From: an uncultured delta proteobacterium
Lineage (GTDB): Bacteria; Desulfobacterota; Binatia; HRBIN30; BPIQ01
Length of the DNA: 64,000 nt
Direction of reading: 5' to 3'
Assembly: GCA_963761335.1 (NCBI GenBank)
Contig: CAVXGR010000012.1
Location: 480,001-544,000 of the forward strand
Shown: piece after piece, positions 1 to 8,809 of the stretch
Layout of the letters: every line of letters begins with the position of its first letter
Position numbering within the stretch: the first letter of the stretch is position 1
Position numbers and translations under genes: made by a program
The notes under the pieces: model-generated
Told to the model about the DNA's origin: nothing
The model's input: only the letters and a program-made list of their open reading frames with translations
Database searches by the model: none

Positions 1-354
1 CGAGTGCGGCAGCGCATAGCGCTTGCCCTTCGCCCCCGCTGCCAGCAGCCACGCCGCCATGCTCGCCGCCTGCCCGAGGCAGAGGGTGGAGACGTCGGGG
101 CGGATGTACTGCATGGTGTCGTAGATCGCCAAGCCGGCGGTCACCGACCCCCCCGGAGAGTTGATGTAGAAATGGATCTCTTTCTCCGGATCCTCGGATT
201 CGAGGAAGAGCAGCTGCGCCGTGATCAGGTTGGCGATCTCGTCGACGATCGGCGAACCGAGAAAGACGATGCGATCACGCAGCAGGCGAGAGTAGATGTC
301 GTAGGCGCGCTCGCCACGACCAGTCTGTTCAATAACGATCGGGATCAGGCCCAT
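1..354 (-). CDS. clpP: ATP-dependent Clp protease proteolytic subunit (partial, runs off window)
   Basis: Hand translation from ATG at 354 (not in ORF track): [33 protein letters not shown]...[22 protein letters not shown]...CLGQAASM; directly downstream of tig. Confidence 0.97.
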   Translation of the reverse strand, partial: MGLIPIVIEQTGRGERAYDIYSRLLRDRIVFLGSPIVDEIANLITAQLLFLESEDPEKEIHFYINSPGGSVTAGLAIYDTMQYIRPDVSTLCLGQAASMAAWLLAAGAKGKRYALPHS

Positions 355-386
355 GAAGTCCCACTGTTTCGCGTCACGCCAGAATT

Positions 387-1709
387 CTAGCGGCTTTCAT
401 CCGCCCCAGCAACGTCGGCGGACAGCCTTTCGACCTTGCTGATATCGGCGCGGGCGACGATCCAGTCGAGCGCGCGGTTGCGCCGCATGCGCTCGCGTAA
501 GCCCTGGCGCGCTTCCGGACGAGCCGAGAGCGAACGGATGCGTTCTCCGGCCTCCCCCGCCGCCGACGCCGAGCGCTCCACCTCCGCCTCCACCTCTTCG
601 TCGGTCACCTCGATGTTCTCCTGACGCGCCACCGCTTCGAGCAGCAGCGATGCCTTCACCTGATCGCGGGCGCGCGGCCGCAGCTCGTCACGCAGTGCCG
701 CTAGAGCCGAATCCTGCTCCTTCGGCCAGATCCGCCGCGAGCGCCAGTTCTCGACGACGTCCATCATCAGGTACTCGGTCTCGCGCGCCACCATCGCGTC
801 CGGCAGCTCGAACTCGTGACTGGTCACCAGCTGCGACACCGCGGCGCTGCGCACCTGCTCCTCGGCCTGGCGCGAGGCGCTGCTCTCGAGGTGCTGGCGC
901 ACGCGCTCGCGCAACGCCGCGAGGGTGTCGCATTCGCCGTGGTCCTTGGCGAAGTCGTCGTCGAGCGGCGGAACGTCCTTGAGGGCCAGGGCGCGGACGA
1001 GAACCCGGAACTGCACCGTCTGTCCCGCCAGGTCCTCGTGCGGATCATCCGCCGCATAGGTGACCGGGAACTCCAGCGTCTGGCCGACCTCGGCGCCGAG
1101 CAGACGCGCCTCGAAGGCCTCCGGAAAACGCCCGCCGCCGATTTCGCAGGGCCGCTTCTCGCCGCGGGCGATGACGCGCTCGCCGACCTTCCCCTCGTAG
1201 TCGATGACGGCCACGTCGCCCGGCTGCACGGTGCTGCGATCGTCCACCGGGCGCAGCTGCGCGAATGATTCCTGCAAGCTCTTCAGGTAGCGATCGACGT
1301 CGTCGTCGCTGACCCGCACCACCGGGCTCTCCAGCTTGAGATCCTGGTAGCCGCGCGCCTCGACCTCGGGGTAGGTCTCCACGGTGGCTGTGAAGCGCAG
1401 CGGTCCGCCGGGCTCGGCCGACTCGGTGGCCACCTGGGCCTCGCCGACGACGTGGAGGTGCTGCTCCTCAAGGGCTTCGCCGAGAGAGGCGCGCATCAGC
1501 CGATCGACGACGTCGGCCCGCAGGCGATGTCCGTACTCCTTCTCGAGCACGGGGCGCGGCGCCCTGCCGGGTCGAAATCCCTTCACCCGGGCGCTGCGCC
1601 GGAGCTCCGCATAGGCGCTCTCGACCTCAGCCGCCACCTGGTCCGCCGGTACCTCGATTGTCAGGCGCCGGCGAACGGGGCTGATCGTCTCAACATCGAC
1701 CTTGAGCAT
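387..1709 (-). CDS. tig: Trigger factor
   Basis: GFRPGRAP ribosome-binding signature, FKBP-like middle ([10 protein letters not shown]), tig-clpP order. Confidence 0.97.
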   Translation of the reverse strand: MLKVDVETISPVRRRLTIEVPADQVAAEVESAYAELRRSARVKGFRPGRAPRPVLEKEYGHRLRADVVDRLMRASLGEALEEQHLHVVGEAQVATESAEPGGPLRFTATVETYPEVEARGYQDLKLESPVVRVSDDDVDRYLKSLQESFAQLRPVDDRSTVQPGDVAVIDYEGKVGERVIARGEKRPCEIGGGRFPEAFEARLLGAEVGQTLEFPVTYAADDPHEDLAGQTVQFRVLVRALALKDVPPLDDDFAKDHGECDTLAALRERVRQHLESSASRQAEEQVRSAAVSQLVTSHEFELPDAMVARETEYLMMDVVENWRSRRIWPKEQDSALAALRDELRPRARDQVKASLLLEAVARQENIEVTDEEVEAEVERSASAAGEAGERIRSLSARPEARQGLRERMRRNRALDWIVARADISKVERLSADVAGADESR

Positions 1710-1875
1710 TCATTATCTTCAGTTAGGGCCGCAGGAATTCTTAAACCACACGCATCCCGGTGATTCAAGGAAGGCGGCGCCGGCACGCATACACCGGGAA
1801 GGGTGGGCTGCCAGGGAATCTCCCGGCGGGGCGCCGGTCCTTGCGACAGGCCATTCTCCATTCCGTCGTTCCCGT

Positions 1876-2003
1876 TCGCATTCCCGGTTCTCGTTCCGTC
1901 GTTTTCCATTGTTCTGTGAGCCCCGGTAGATCGATCAGCTGCGCGGGTCCCTTGCGGCTGTCAGAGCGAATGGAAAACGACGGAACGAGAACCGGGAATG
2001 CGA
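1876..2003. repeat. Perfect 35-bp inverted repeat with 58-bp spacer
   Basis: tcgcattcccggttctcgttccgtcgttttccatt (1876-1910) is the exact reverse complement of 1969-2003. Confidence 0.9.
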
Positions 2004-2232
2004 GCCGGAAATGGCGAAGGGGAATCCTCGCCGCCTCTTTTCCATTGGGCGCCGGCCCTTCCCACTTTCCGGAATCCACCGAAGGCGAGAGGGAGGCTGC
2101 TCCCGCTCAAATTGGCGCCCAACGCGCCGGCCTGCTTCTTGGACGTCGACGGCATTCCGGGGGTGCGGTGTATCATTAGAAGGAGTAGGAAAAAGCATCG
2201 AGGCCGGGGCAGAAGATCGTAAAGGAGGAGAC

Positions 2233-3648
2233 GTGCTGGCGAAGCTCTACAATCTTCTGAATCTCTGTGCCGTGCCCCCCTCCCTCGCCGAGGTCAGCAG
2301 CCGCTCGCCCGCCGAGGTCGACCCGCACAGCGTCGGCGCCAGCCGAGAAGGAGTCGAGGCGGCCTGGAAAGCGGTGGAGCGCTTCTACCGCACCGGCCTC
2401 CATCCGGCAATGCAGCTCTGCGTCCGCCGCCGCGGCGAGGTGATCATCGACCGGGTTATCGGCCACACCGCCGGCAACGGACCGGGCGATCCGCCGGACG
2501 CCGAGAAGGTGCTGGCCACTCTCGACACCCCCTTCTGCATCTTCTCGGCATCCAAGGCAGTGACCGCCATGGTCATCCACCTCCTCGATCAGCAGCACCT
2601 GCTGCACGTCGACGACCCGGTGAGTGAGTACGTCCCGGAGTTCGCCAGCCACGGCAAGGACCGCGTCACCATCGAGCACGTCCTCACCCACCGGGCCGGC
2701 GTGCCCAACATGCCCGCCGGGGAGATGCGGCTCGAGAACCTGCTGGTCCCCGGGCGCATCGTGCAGATTCTCTGCGACGCGGAGCCGACCTGGACCCCCG
2801 GCCGGCGACTCGCCTACCACGCCATCACCGGCGGCTTCATCCTCGGCGAGGTGGTGAAGCGGGTCACCGGCAAGGACGTCCGCACCGTGCTCGGCGAGGA
2901 GATCCTCGCGCCCCTCGGCTTTCGCTGGATGAACTACGGAGTGAAGCGCGCCGATGTCGAGCGGGTGGCGCGCAGCTACTTCACCGGGCCTCCCCTGCTG
3001 CCGCCGATATCGACGCTGTCGCGCCGCGCCCTCGGCATCGATTTCCGCGAGGTGCCGGAGGTCTCCAATGACCCGCGCTACCTGACCGCGGTCGTGCCCG
3101 CCGGCAACGTCGTCTCCAACGCCAACGAGCTGAGCCGCTTCTTTCAGCTGCTGCTCAACGACGGCGAGCTCGACGGTGTGCGCGTCTTCGAGCCGCGTAC
3201 CATCCGCCGGGCGACCTCGGAGCAGTCCTACCTCGAGCTCGACCTGACCCTCGGCGTGCCCACCCGCTACTCGATGGGGTTCATGCTCGGCGGCTTCGGC
3301 TTCTACGGCCCGGGCACCTCGCGCGCCTTCGGCCATCTCGGCTTCATCAACATCGTCGCCTGGGCCGATCCCGAACGGCAGATCGCCGCGGCGCTCACCA
3401 ACAGCGGCAAGCCTCTCTTCTTCGCCGAGCTGTTCTTCCTGTACGACATCATGCGGCAGATCGGGCTGGCGTGTCCGCCGACCGCCAAGGGGACTGCAAG
3501 GAGCGCCAAGAAAGAAGAGAAGAGCGGCAAGGGGAAAACCGCCAAGGGCGCCGGGGGAAGAGGAAAGAGCGCCGAGGGAACTGCAAAGAGCTCTAAGAGG
3601 AAAGGAAAGAAGGGCGCCAAGACAAATGCAAGGGGGAGACGTCGATGA
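2233..3648 (+). CDS. Serine hydrolase, beta-lactamase class C/esterase family, with Lys-rich C-terminal tail
   Basis: SxxK (FSASKA), LTHRAG, YH and GHLG motifs; AAAGGAGG upstream of in-frame GTG 2233 (ORF track starts at 2011). Confidence 0.88.
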   Translation: MLAKLYNLLNLCAVPPSLAEVSSRSPAEVDPHSVGASREGVEAAWKAVERFYRTGLHPAMQLCVRRRGEVIIDRVIGHTAGNGPGDPPDAEKVLATLDTPFCIFSASKAVTAMVIHLLDQQHLLHVDDPVSEYVPEFASHGKDRVTIEHVLTHRAGVPNMPAGEMRLENLLVPGRIVQILCDAEPTWTPGRRLAYHAITGGFILGEVVKRVTGKDVRTVLGEEILAPLGFRWMNYGVKRADVERVARSYFTGPPLLPPISTLSRRALGIDFREVPEVSNDPRYLTAVVPAGNVVSNANELSRFFQLLLNDGELDGVRVFEPRTIRRATSEQSYLELDLTLGVPTRYSMGFMLGGFGFYGPGTSRAFGHLGFINIVAWADPERQIAAALTNSGKPLFFAELFFLYDIMRQIGLACPPTAKGTARSAKKEEKSGKGKTAKGAGGRGKSAEGTAKSSKRKGKKGAKTNARGRRR

Positions 3649-5348
3649 GTGACATCACTGGTGGTGAGCTTCTGGCGCGCTGTCTCGCCGGCGAGAACGT
3701 CAAGTTCCTGTTCGGCCTGCCGTCTCCGGAGATCGACCCGCTGCTGGCGCAGCTACCGGGCCACGGCATTCGCATGGTTCCGGTGCGCCACGAGGCCGCC
3801 GGAGCGCACATGGCCGAGGGCCTCTACAAGACCACGGGTCAGGTGGCGGTCGTCCTCGGCAACCCCGGCCCCGGCTCCGCCAACCTGCTGGCGGGAGTGA
3901 TCACGGCGCGCCACGAAGGCGTGCCGCTGCTGGCGCTCACCTCGCAGCACCGCCTCGGCCTCGTCTATCCCTCACCGCCGTCGACCTTCCAGGGGCAGGA
4001 CCAGCTCGAGGTGTTCAAGCCGGCCGTCAAGTGGGGCGGCCCGATCCTCTCCTGGGAACGCATTCCCGAGGTCGTCCGCCTCGCCTTTCGCGAGATGTGG
4101 AACGGCCGGCCCGGTCCGGTTCACATCGAGCTGCCGGCGCCGGTGCTCTACGCCACCGGCGACGAGCGCAGCGCTCCGGTGCTGCCGCCCTCCGCCTATC
4201 GCGCCCCGCAACCACAGGCCTCGGAGGCGCAGCTGCAGCAGGCGGCCGCCATGCTCGCTGCGGCCCAGCGGCCGCTGGTGGTCGCCGGCTCGGGCGTCGA
4301 TCGCGGCGACGCCAACGCTGCTCTGCTGGAGATCGTCCACCTGCTGAAGTGTCCGGTGATCACCACCATGGCGGGGCGGGCCACCGTTCCCCTGGATCAT
4401 CCCGACTATGTCTTCGGCTTCGGCCGCGGCGGCGATCTGGTCAAGCAGGAGGCCGACGTCGTTCTCGTCGCCGGCTCGCGCCTCGGCAACCTCGACCTCC
4501 CCTACGACAAGTACTGGGGCGATGCGGCGCACCAGCGGCTGATCCAGATCGACGTCGATCCGCGCAACATGGGGGTCACCCGCCCGCTCGCTCTCGGCAT
4601 CGTCGCCGACGTCGGCAATGCGCTCGAGGGGCTGCTGCGCCTGCTGCGCGCCGAGGCGATCCGCAGCGACGGCAGCGACCTGCCCCGCTACCGCCAGGCG
4701 GCGCAGGCGTGGCGAGACGAGCAGCTGGCCGGCGTGTCGAGCTGGTCGGGGCCGGGAATCCATCCGGCACACGCCATGGAGGCCGTGGGCCGCGTCTTCG
4801 GCCGCGACGCCGTGTACGTCACCGACGGCGGCAACACCTCGCTGTGGGCGCATTCGTTTCTGCCGCCGACGCGGCCGCGTTCGTATCACAGCATCCTCGA
4901 GCTCGGCATGCTCGGCACCGGCATCCCGTCGGCGATCGGCGCCAAGCTCGGCGCGCCCGAGCGCGAGGTCGTCTGCGTCAGCGGCGACGGCGCCGCCGGC
5001 TTTCATTTCATGGAGATGCAGTCGGCGGCGCGCGAGGGCCTGAAGCTCACCACGGTCGTCTTCGCCGAGGGCTCCTGGACCATGGAGGAGCCCAACGAGC
5101 GGATGCTCTACGGCCGCACCTTCGGCACCGAGCAGGGGACCATCCGCTGGGACAAGGTCGCCGAGGGGCTCGGCTGTCACGGCGAGTACGCCGAGCGCAT
5201 CGACGACGTCGAGCCCGCCCTGCGCCGCGCCCAGGCCGCCGCTGGCCCCGCCGTCGTCTGCCTGCGCACCGACCGCGAGGCGAATCTCTCCATCCCGCAG
5301 GAGATGATGCTCCGCTTCGCCGAGGTCTACCAGGGACCGATCGGGTGA
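3645..5348 (+). CDS. Thiamine diphosphate-dependent enzyme (acetolactate synthase-like family)
   Basis: RHEAAGAHMA, GPGSAN, GRPGPVHIE and GDG ThDP motifs; ATGA overlap with upstream gene. Confidence 0.9.
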   Translation: MSDITGGELLARCLAGENVKFLFGLPSPEIDPLLAQLPGHGIRMVPVRHEAAGAHMAEGLYKTTGQVAVVLGNPGPGSANLLAGVITARHEGVPLLALTSQHRLGLVYPSPPSTFQGQDQLEVFKPAVKWGGPILSWERIPEVVRLAFREMWNGRPGPVHIELPAPVLYATGDERSAPVLPPSAYRAPQPQASEAQLQQAAAMLAAAQRPLVVAGSGVDRGDANAALLEIVHLLKCPVITTMAGRATVPLDHPDYVFGFGRGGDLVKQEADVVLVAGSRLGNLDLPYDKYWGDAAHQRLIQIDVDPRNMGVTRPLALGIVADVGNALEGLLRLLRAEAIRSDGSDLPRYRQAAQAWRDEQLAGVSSWSGPGIHPAHAMEAVGRVFGRDAVYVTDGGNTSLWAHSFLPPTRPRSYHSILELGMLGTGIPSAIGAKLGAPEREVVCVSGDGAAGFHFMEMQSAAREGLKLTTVVFAEGSWTMEEPNERMLYGRTFGTEQGTIRWDKVAEGLGCHGEYAERIDDVEPALRRAQAAAGPAVVCLRTDREANLSIPQEMMLRFAEVYQGPIG

Positions 5349-5365
5349 GAGACGCGGTGGCGGCG

Positions 5366-5548
5366 TGTTGAGTGTTGGGTGTTGTTGAGGTGCTGGGTGC
5401 TGGGCGTTGGGTGTTGGGGGAAGAGAAAGAGGCAGGGGTCCCGTGGTCGGGGAGACGCCACGACCCATCCAGCACGCCCTAAAACAGCCAACACCCAGCA
5501 CCTCAACACCCAGCGCCTCAGCACCTCAGCGCGTCGGCGCCTCAGCAG
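5366..5548. repeat. Degenerate heptamer tandem repeats in inverted arrangement between convergent genes
   Basis: Left arm of GTGTTGG/GTGCTGG-like units, right arm of CCAACAC/CCAGCAC/TCAGCAC-like units. Confidence 0.8.
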
Positions 5549-5561
5549 TACGGCTTGCCGT

Positions 5562-6530
5562 TCACACGGTCCCGAAAATGCTCGCGGCGGTCGCCACCAC
5601 GTCACCTGGATCGAGCTGCTGGCTGGCGTTGGCGTCGTCGAGCCGGCACTCGGCACGGGTTGCCGCGGCGAGGTGCTCGACGAAGGCGGTGACGTCCGCC
5701 GCGCCGGCGGCCGCATCGCAGTTGGCATCCCCCGGAGGGCCGCCGACTCCGAAGACGTGCTCTGCCGTGTTGTTGCTCTCGTCGGTCTCGAGAAGGGTGT
5801 TGTCGGGGTCCAGCTCCCAGCGCAGCAGATGCGTCCCCGCCGTCGCCGTCCAGCTCGAGGTGCAATAGATCGGTCCCGGATTCTCGGCGGTGAAATCGAT
5901 GGTGCCGGCACACTGCACTTCGCCGTCGACCAGGGCGCGCCCCCCGGCGGGCACGTCGAAGCCAACGCCATCGAGCCGATAGTCGACGTGTAGGAACACC
6001 TCCTCCCCGGCGTTGGCGATCGCCACCTCGTCGCCGCCGTTGGGCGCGGTGCGCAGGTAGGCGCGCTCGGCCACCAGATCCGCGGACGGGTCGCCGACCG
6101 TGAAGACGACCTCGGCGACATTGTTGTCCTCATTGGTCTCGTCGATGGCGAAATCGGAGTCGAGCTCCCAGCGAAGCACGTGCGTCCCCGGGGTCGCCGT
6201 CCAGCTGTCGGTGCAATAGACGACGAACTCGCCCTCCGGCATCAGGTCGACCGCCCCGCCGCATTGCTCCTCGCCGTCCAGCAGCCCGCGCACGTTGGCG
6301 GTGATCGGCATGGTCGTGCCGTCGACGTGATAGGCGACGTGGAGGTAGACAGCCTGCCCTAGCGCCGGGTCCGTCACCGCGTCGCCGCCGTTGGGCGCGG
6401 TGCGCAGGTAGGCGCTCTCGGCGACGATGTCGATCTCCTGGGCCGCGGCGCCGACGGCCATGCCCGAGACGATCAGCAGCAGGGCAGCGGCGGTGCGAAA
6501 CGAACTTCTTGCAGCAAGACCGGTCTCCAT
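5562..6530 (-). CDS. Secreted protein with two CARDB/Ig-like repeats and C-terminal dockerin-like domain
   Basis: Signal peptide; duplicated AYLRTAPNGGD...WTATxGTHxLRWELD...ETxExNNxAE; GDANCD...DDAN tail. Confidence 0.75.
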   Translation of the reverse strand: METGLAARSSFRTAAALLLIVSGMAVGAAAQEIDIVAESAYLRTAPNGGDAVTDPALGQAVYLHVAYHVDGTTMPITANVRGLLDGEEQCGGAVDLMPEGEFVVYCTDSWTATPGTHVLRWELDSDFAIDETNEDNNVAEVVFTVGDPSADLVAERAYLRTAPNGGDEVAIANAGEEVFLHVDYRLDGVGFDVPAGGRALVDGEVQCAGTIDFTAENPGPIYCTSSWTATAGTHLLRWELDPDNTLLETDESNNTAEHVFGVGGPPGDANCDAAAGAADVTAFVEHLAAATRAECRLDDANASQQLDPGDVVATAASIFGTV

Positions 6531-6765
6531 GGCGTTTCCCTCCACCCGGGTTTTGCTCTCGGCCTTAGCGCGGGGCGCGAGAAACGGTCAACAGGGAATC
6601 GCCGACGACGAAGAGAGCTACTCGATGGCTCGGTTGCCTTGAGCGCTTTCTCGGTTGTCCGGATTCAGTGTTCTCGGGTTCCAGCGTCTTCGGGGCAATT
6701 CCAATGTGAACAAACGAAGGAATTGCATTTCCCCCAAGAATCGTCTCAAGATACGGACCATTCCG

Positions 6766-7935
6766 ATGCCAGGGAAGCGCAAAGTGAAGCCCACCGTTCC
6801 CGGTTTTCCAATCTGGTGGCACCTATCGGCAGTCCTCCTTCTGAGTGCAGTGGCTCGTGCCTCCGCTGCACCCTTGAACCCCGGAACGCTAATCGTGCAA
6901 AGCCAAGACGACGGCTACTGGAGCGTAGTTGAAAACGGCGAATTCGTGGGGGAATGTCCCCCGCAAGACGACGGCCAGGTCGGAGGGATGGTTGCCACGA
7001 ATGACGGCTATGTTTTGACGGTGTCGCAGGACAACGGTAACTCGCGAATCTTCGCAATTGGTTAAGGCTGCGAGCCACAGGCTCCGGACGTTACGTTTCA
7101 AGGGGTGGACTTTCTGGGAATCGCACTCGACCCGGCGGGCGATGTCTGGGTGAGCGATACTCGATCCGGAGCACTCTTCGACTTGGATCTTGAGGGGGCA
7201 GCCATTCGTCGGACCATAATGCTTCCGCAGGAAGCTCGTCCACCCTTTCTTCAAGACATCGACGGGGAGGGCAACCTCTACCTCCGGACGACCAATACAT
7301 CTGATGTGTACTCCGTCGCTCCTGCAACCGGGCTGGCCCATCACATCCCGGTCAGGGGCACCTATATTCGTGTCGATCCTTTTGGCCATCTTTGGTTTTC
7401 AGGGAACACCCTACTGGAGGTCACCCGAGACGGGTACGTCCTGAACGAATTCACCCCCCGCATTGCGGGACCCCCGACTTTCGAGTCGGCGCATGTTCTG
7501 TGGTATCCAAGCTTCAACAACGACGATTTCATTCCGCTCACCCGCATTACAACCGCGGGCACGGTGCTTTTCTCAGTGCTTGTCGACTTCGGGTCACCGG
7601 AGAACTATCCGTACATCGCCTTTGTGCCTCCTGCGCCCAAGGGGCCGCTGCCAACCTCTTCGCCCACAGCCCCGCCCACTCCCTCATTGACCGCTACAAG
7701 TACGCCCTCCTCCACTTGGACGGCGTCATCAACGCCGACCGAGTCTCCAACCGCATCTCCAGTCCCCGCAACGAAGACGGAAACACCTCCCGAGCTTCCG
7801 GCTGACGTTGGTGGCTGCCACGTCGACCATGGCACAACGGCAAGCGCATTCCTCATGCTTTCAATACTCTTGCTAGCTGTGGGACGCTGGCGACGAGACT
7901 CTCGGCCTCCACCGAGAGGCGCGCAACCCGGGTAA
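6766..7935 (+). pseudogene. Secreted beta-propeller (NHL-like) protein with P/T/S linker and GGC-TM-RR sorting tail, interrupted by in-frame TAA at 7063-7065
   Basis: ORFs 6655-7065 and 7105-7935 share a frame; signal peptide in first part; GIALDPAGDVWVSD; C-terminal VGGCHV...LLLAVGRWRR. Confidence 0.65.
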
Positions 7936-7996
7936 CCCGAGAACGGTGCGACCGCCGGTATTATCCTTCCGGCCGCGCCTGGGTTATGCTCGGCAA

Positions 7997-8395
7997 ATGA
8001 GCGGACGGGCCGCAGACTGGCTCCGGCAGGGCGAGGCCGACCTGGAGCACGCCGGCGAGGCGCTGCGTGTCGGCCATCACGAGTGGGCGTGCTTCGCAGC
8101 GCAGCAGGCCGCGGAAAAGGCCGCCAAGGCGGCGCATGCCGCCCTCGGTCAGGAAGCCTGGGGCCATGTGGTCACCGAGCTCCTCGAGGCGCTGCGCACA
8201 CACGAGCCTGCCATCGACGACGCCCTGCTCGACCGCGCTCGCAGCCTCGACAAGCTGTACATCCCGACGCGCTACCCAAACGGATTGGCGGGCGGGGCTC
8301 CGGCAGATTTCTACACGCGCGCTGAAGCGGAGCGCGCCATCAGAGACGCGGAGGCGGTCCTTGCGCTGTGTCGAAGAGTGCTATCGCGGGCGTAA
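7997..8395 (+). CDS. HEPN domain protein
   Basis: WLRQGEADL...WACFAAQQAAEKAAKA...WGH...LDKLYIPTRYP. Confidence 0.88.
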   Translation: MSGRAADWLRQGEADLEHAGEALRVGHHEWACFAAQQAAEKAAKAAHAALGQEAWGHVVTELLEALRTHEPAIDDALLDRARSLDKLYIPTRYPNGLAGGAPADFYTRAEAERAIRDAEAVLALCRRVLSRA

Positions 8396-8747
8396 CGTCC
8401 GCGTCTTCCGCCTCGATCGCGAAGCGATCCTGCGCCGCTTGCGCCAGCGAGCCCGCGCCCTGTTGGAGAACGAGGCGGACGTGGCGGAGGTGCGCCTCTT
8501 CGGGTCCCTGGCGCGCGGCGATGCACACCCCGGTAGCGACGCCGACATCTTCATTGTCCTGCGCGACGGCGCAGCACCCTTCATCGATCGCATTCCCCGG
8601 CTGGCGCGCTACTTCGGCGGTATCGGCATTGGATGTGACGTGATCGCGTACACCGAGTCCGAATGGGCCGATATCGCCAGGAGTGGCGACCGTTTTTCGC
8701 GTGCCGTCCTCGACGAGGGCATCGTGCTGGCGGAGCGGGACCGGTGA
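8361..8747 (+). CDS. Minimal nucleotidyltransferase (MNT), partner of HEPN
   Basis: LFGSLARGDAHPGSDADIFIV; start uncertain (TTG 8361); overlaps HEPN. Confidence 0.85.
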   Translation: MRCVEECYRGRNVRVFRLDREAILRRLRQRARALLENEADVAEVRLFGSLARGDAHPGSDADIFIVLRDGAAPFIDRIPRLARYFGGIGIGCDVIAYTESEWADIARSGDRFSRAVLDEGIVLAERDR

Positions 8748-8770
8748 ATCAGCGCCACACCGCACTCCAC

Positions 8771-8808
8771 AACTCGTGAACCCGACGACTCGAAAACCCG
8801 ATAACCCA
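8771..8808. repeat. Degenerate octamer tandem repeat between convergent genes
   Basis: AACTCGTG AACCCGAC GACTCGAA AACCCGAT AACCC. Confidence 0.55.
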
Positions 8809-8809
8809 C

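Noticed and set aside
4..390. 128-aa + strand ORF
   Set aside because: Antisense shadow of clpP.
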